Origin: a virus
Taxonomy: Duplodnaviria; Caudoviricetes
IMG/VR virus record: IMGVR_UViG_3300032327_000172
Span: 1-37,661 of that record
Length of the DNA stretch: 37,661 nucleotides
Direction: 5' to 3' (one strand)
The number at the start of each line of letters is the position of its first letter. The first letter of the stretch is position 1. Shown piece after piece: positions 34,592-37,661 of this stretch. Made by a program: the position numbers and the translations under genes. A model generated the notes under the pieces. The model was not told the origin of the DNA. It made no database searches and saw nothing but the letters and a program-made list of their open reading frames with translations.

Positions 34592-34821
34592 TTCAAAAGC
34601 CTTTCAAACACAGGTAATAGTTTCTTGTACAATCTTTGTTGTCGCACACCGTCAGGGTCAGCAAAAGGAATATTGTTTTTACCTTGGCGAGTAAAGTGAT
34701 TGGCATTGCGAAGGTAAGCACATTCGTGTGCCGCAGCCTTTGCTGTGGTATATACCTTACGGTCAGAACCAATACGCACAGCCTTGATTACTTGTACGGT
34801 AGCATTAAATTCCCAACTCAT
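34588..34821 (-). CDS. hypothetical protein
   Basis: 77 aa, ATGA overlaps at both ends. Confidence 0.6.
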   Translation of the reverse strand: MSWEFNATVQVIKAVRIGSDRKVYTTAKAAAHECAYLRNANHFTRQGKNNIPFADPDGVRQQRLYKKLLPVFERLLK

Positions 34822-34967
34822 TTTTCAATTCCATATTTGGCAAGTTCTTCAAAGGTGCTGATTGTGCCATCTTCAATCAATGCAATCAAACAATCAAACT
34901 CGTCACGCTCACTAGAGCCAAACTCGTCTTCCTGCTCGTAAGCTAGGGCTAGTAATTGTTCTTTCAT
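34818..34967 (-). CDS. small acidic hypothetical protein (49 aa)
   Basis: Manual translation MKEQLLALAYEQEDEFGSSERDEFDCLIALIEDGTISTFEELAKYGIEK; TAATG and ATGA coupling. Confidence 0.7.
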   Translation of the reverse strand: MKEQLLALAYEQEDEFGSSERDEFDCLIALIEDGTISTFEELAKYGIEK

Positions 34968-35452
34968 TATGCAGTCACCTTAGCCAATTGCTCAGACAAT
35001 ACATACAGTTGTCCAGGCACCATTGAATCATGGCTACGATTAACACCAACATACCACACACCATCACACATGATGTAATAGTATTCGCAATCATATTCCT
35101 TGCTCAAAAACTCGTCATACGATTGGTCCACAGTAAAGTCAACACCTGTTTCCTCACGATCACGACCGTAGAAAGTAGTCCAACCTTCTTTCTTAGCCAG
35201 ATCATGCAGGGCAATGAGTTTGTCAAAATCTATATCATCTTTTTTGATTTCAAACTGACTGAAGGGATGTGCCTCTCCAATGTGTTTGCCCAGAGAACTG
35301 ATATCACCAAGAGCAACCAGATGATTTGCCTTGGCACTATCATAGTGGTCTTGCAACAGTTGACCATTGTGCGACAGATAGCCGTCCCAATGACAGTAAA
35401 CGCTTTTCAGTTTGTCACCATGCATGACGCCAATTCGTGATCGTGTACCCAT
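34967..35452 (-). CDS. early hypothetical phage protein
   Basis: MGTRSRIG...VYCHWDGY...G..L..HY motif; CAGGAG SD. Confidence 0.75.
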   Translation of the reverse strand: MGTRSRIGVMHGDKLKSVYCHWDGYLSHNGQLLQDHYDSAKANHLVALGDISSLGKHIGEAHPFSQFEIKKDDIDFDKLIALHDLAKKEGWTTFYGRDREETGVDFTVDQSYDEFLSKEYDCEYYYIMCDGVWYVGVNRSHDSMVPGQLYVLSEQLAKVTA

Positions 35453-35486
35453 TTGCAAACTCCTGTAATTAACTGATTAAGACTCT

Positions 35487-35515
35487 ATTATATACCCAAA
35501 ACCATTTACTGTCAA
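35487..35515 (-). promoter_or_regulatory. consensus sigma70 early promoter (cassette)
   Basis: TTGACA-gtaaatggttttgggta-TATAAT. Confidence 0.85.
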
Positions 35516-35518
35516 CTA

Positions 35519-35836
35519 TTAAGATCCAGTGTGCAACACCAGGACTTCAGGGTTTGTAGTATTTTGCTCAAAGGCCTCGATAAAATTGTGATGTGTTTTG
35601 GACCGATTGAGCACCGCATTTGCCGCAACAAACAAAGCCGCATAAGTAAGACCATTGATTTCCACAGTAATATCTTTACCAAAGAAATCTTTGTATGTCA
35701 AGAATTTGACACCTTCGTAGGGATGACGGTCACTAAGATTGCCAATCTCATAGATGGACCAGATAGCACTCAATCCCAGTTCCTCACGCACGGCCTCGTA
35801 GTAGTTAAACTTAGCGTCAAATTCTGTATCTGTCAT
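35519..35836 (-). CDS. early hypothetical protein
   Basis: 105 aa with its own promoter and AAGGA SD. Confidence 0.7.
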   Translation of the reverse strand: MTDTEFDAKFNYYEAVREELGLSAIWSIYEIGNLSDRHPYEGVKFLTYKDFFGKDITVEINGLTYAALFVAANAVLNRSKTHHNFIEAFEQNTTNPEVLVLHTGS

Positions 35837-35898
35837 TTCAAGTCCTTTAATTAACTGTCTAAGTATGTATTATATACCCAAAACCATTTATTGTCAAC
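35834..35898 (-). repeat. early promoter-leader-RBS cassette, copy A
   Basis: TTGACA(35892-35897)-17-TATAAT(35869-35874); 35842-35890 identical over 49 bp to 36373-36421. Confidence 0.9.
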
Positions 35899-36094
35899 TT
35901 TTTTTGACCGGGACACACAAAAATTCTGTCTTAGTTGCCATGTAAAGTTGGATAGTTTTCTCAAACTCTGGGTTACGCTGACCCGCAGCATTTAACTTAT
36001 TTGCATAGATTTCGTGGATAGCATACTGACAAGAGGGAAGATCCGCGTATGCTCCCATGAATGCAAAATTAGCAAGTAAAAGTAAATTGTACAT
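35894..36094 (-). CDS. small hypothetical protein, possibly exported
   Basis: Hydrophobic N-terminus; TGA stop lies inside the downstream TTGACA. Confidence 0.6.
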   Translation of the reverse strand: MYNLLLLANFAFMGAYADLPSCQYAIHEIYANKLNAAGQRNPEFEKTIQLYMATKTEFLCVPVKKS

Positions 36095-36366
36095 TATACC
36101 AAGTCCACTTGAATTTGTTTACCACGGATAGTTGTACCAAGTCCAGTTGGAATTGGTTTGCGTACTGCTTTTGCAAATTCCCGTTCGTTTGCCAACTGTT
36201 GTACTGCATCCCAGCACAATACGCGGGAGTTAACTGTAGCAAACATCTCGGTCATTTGCTGGATAGTCATGTACATACCAATGTCATTCTCAGAGCCATC
36301 GCCTTTGAAAATCACACGGAATTTTTGAGAATTTTTCAAGCCTTCAATGATAGTCTTTGTACGCAT
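36094..36366 (-). CDS. early hypothetical protein
   Basis: 90 aa with its own promoter and SD. Confidence 0.7.
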   Translation of the reverse strand: MRTKTIIEGLKNSQKFRVIFKGDGSENDIGMYMTIQQMTEMFATVNSRVLCWDAVQQLANEREFAKAVRKPIPTGLGTTIRGKQIQVDLV

Positions 36367-36429
36367 TTCAATGTCCTTTAATTAACTGTCTAAGTATGTA
36401 TTATATACCCAAAACCATTTAATGTCAAC
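36364..36429 (-). repeat. early promoter-leader-RBS cassette, copy B
   Basis: TTGACA(36423-36428)-17-TATAAT(36400-36405); near-identical to copy A. Confidence 0.9.
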
Positions 36430-36432
36430 CTT

Positions 36433-36666
36433 TTACCACTCTTTGTGGTCGCCTGCTTCCTCACCGTGACGATAGCCTGTGGCGTAAGCGGTGATTTCTT
36501 CGGCAGTCATCTGTCCCATCTCGACCTTTGGACTAGAGTGGGTATCACCGACATAGTAGTGAGGATTGAATCTACGACGGTACCATGCATCGGCTGTGCC
36601 GCGGTCGTATGGACCACCGTGGCGTGTGTCGTAATAGGCCGAATGGATTGGTAGTACTTTCATCAT
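36433..36666 (-). CDS. early hypothetical phage protein
   Basis: HGGPYDRG.AD.WY.R...PHYY motif; TAAGGAG SD. Confidence 0.7.
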   Translation of the reverse strand: MMKVLPIHSAYYDTRHGGPYDRGTADAWYRRRFNPHYYVGDTHSSPKVEMGQMTAEEITAYATGYRHGEEAGDHKEW

Positions 36667-36673
36667 ATGCTCC

Positions 36674-36769
36674 TTAGGGTTTCATCATAAAGGCAAAGTA
36701 GTAGAAAAAGGGGCCAAACATTACTAGTGCAATGATGGCCGCTTGAAATAGTTCTTTAATTAGTTTCAT
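36674..36769 (-). CDS. 31-aa single-pass membrane peptide
   Basis: Manual translation MKLIKELFQAAIIALVMFGPFFYYFAFMMKP; ATG 6 nt after TATACT; its TAA overlaps the next gene's SD. Confidence 0.65.
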   Translation of the reverse strand: MKLIKELFQAAIIALVMFGPFFYYFAFMMKP

Positions 36770-36775
36770 ACAGTA

Positions 36776-36804
36776 AGTATATCACCAAAACCATTTATTG
36801 TCAA
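36776..36804 (-). promoter_or_regulatory. sigma70 early promoter, leaderless
   Basis: TTGACA-ataaatggttttggtga-TATACT. Confidence 0.85.
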
Positions 36805-36992
36805 CCGATTTTTGTAATCTCACCGCGCCAGTAGCATTCATAGCTAGGATCTTTTTCCCAGTGTGCTTTGTAGGCTTTTGCTTCTTCCAAAGTAGTGAAG
36901 TACTTGGTGTCGGCGCGATCCATTCGTTGACCCCAACCTGCTTCATATTCGGTGATCTCTACACGGTACAATGTTTCGGGCTTGACTTCCAT
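36801..36992 (-). CDS. early hypothetical protein
   Basis: 63 aa, E.E.GWGQR motif, AAGGAG SD. Confidence 0.65.
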   Translation of the reverse strand: MEVKPETLYRVEITEYEAGWGQRMDRADTKYFTTLEEAKAYKAHWEKDPSYECYWRGEITKIG

Positions 36993-37021
36993 TTCCGACT
37001 CCTTCTATCTATTACAACTAC

Positions 37022-37050
37022 AGTATAACAGATAAGCCATTTATTGTCAA
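37022..37050 (-). promoter_or_regulatory. sigma70 early promoter
   Basis: TTGACA-ataaatggcttatctgt-TATACT. Confidence 0.85.
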
Positions 37051-37634
37051 GGGCGCTTTTTCAATACAGAATCTACTAGTCCATATGCTACTGCTTCGGT
37101 AGCACTCATAAAGTAATCACGCTCCATATCCTTAGCTAACTCGTCATATGTTTTACCAGCACTATTGTGGTCAACATAGATTTGTGTAAGACTTTTTTTC
37201 ATAGCTATAATCTCACGCACTTGAATTTCCATATCAGTAGCTTGACCTCGTGCGCCACCGCTCGGCTGATGAATCATATGTCTAGCATTGGGTAACATGT
37301 AACGCTTACCTTTGCTACCTGCTTGAGCAAGCAAACTACCCATACTACATGCTTGACCCATAACAATGGTCATGATATCGGGTTTGATGAATTGCATACA
37401 ATCATATATTGCCATACCAGCAGTTACACTACCACCCGGGCTATTAATGTACACACTAATATCTTTTTCACCTTCGCTTTCTAAGTAAAGCAATTGTGCA
37501 ACAACAAGATTTGCCATTTGGTCGTGTACTTCGCCCTCAAGTAAAATCACACGGTCACGTAACATGCGGCTGTAGATATCGTAACTACGCTCACCTTTGC
37601 TTGTTTGTTCTAAAACCATTGGGACTAGGGTCAT
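37047..37634 (-). CDS. clpP: ATP-dependent Clp protease proteolytic subunit
   Basis: YDIYSR, YINSPGG, catalytic Ser (ACSMG), His (MIHQP) and Asp (ERD). Confidence 0.96.
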   Translation of the reverse strand: MTLVPMVLEQTSKGERSYDIYSRMLRDRVILLEGEVHDQMANLVVAQLLYLESEGEKDISVYINSPGGSVTAGMAIYDCMQFIKPDIMTIVMGQACSMGSLLAQAGSKGKRYMLPNARHMIHQPSGGARGQATDMEIQVREIIAMKKSLTQIYVDHNSAGKTYDELAKDMERDYFMSATEAVAYGLVDSVLKKRP

Positions 37635-37661
37635 AATATTCCTTAAATAAAACTTATTATA

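Noticed and set aside
35450-37050. Repeats as a CRISPR array or transposon ends
   Set aside because: Spacing is 250-530 bp, the intervening DNA is genes, the repeats are promoter/RBS sequences, and no cas or transposase gene is present.
1-37661. Bacterial chromosome interpretation suggested by clpA, clpP, infA, erpA, sod and dnaJ
   Set aside because: No bacterial operon context. These genes are mixed with an RFC-type clamp loader, holin, fibre genes, T4-like late boxes and many small phage-type ORFs.
1-37661. Alternative genetic code (stop-codon reassignment)
   Set aside because: Known proteins are full length under code 11, and genes abut with TAA/TGA overlaps. TAG stops look rare, but no split genes needing read-through were seen.
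1-37661. tRNA or structured ncRNA genes
   Set aside because: Intergenic gaps are at most about 170 bp and are explained by promoters or terminators. No cloverleaf was seen by eye; tRNAscan/Infernal were not run.

Overview
AT-rich, very densely coded 37.7-kb segment that best fits a large (jumbo-type, T4-like regulated) tailed phage, probably infecting a proteobacterium (inference). Most genes lie on the minus strand, with phoH and one plus-strand block at 19.7-29.4 kb as exceptions. Host-like genes (clpA, clpP, dnaJ, groES, phoH, erpA, sod, infA, S11 peptidase, dCMP deaminase) are interleaved with phage-type genes: clamp loader, 3TM holin, Mom-like protein, tail-fibre-like proteins, a stand-alone DnaE fragment and many short hypotheticals. 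Two promoter classes are readable: near-consensus sigma70 promoters (TTGACA-N17-TATAAT/TATACT) and a T4-late-like (A/C)TAAATA box. The main signals are as follows. (1) Late-expressed enzymes (nucleotidyltransferase, KxDG ligase-like protein, Fe/Mn-SOD, HAD nucleotidase, GNAT+kinase polyprotein) carry an N-terminal tag resembling the T4 capsid-targeting sequence and prohead-protease site, which suggests a packaged, injected enzyme payload. (2) Late genes appear translationally gated, either by leaderless starts or by SD-sequestering hairpins built around the late promoter. (3) An array of repeated early promoter cassettes has -35 boxes that often supply the upstream gene's stop codon. All protein calls are by motif recognition; no database searches were run.
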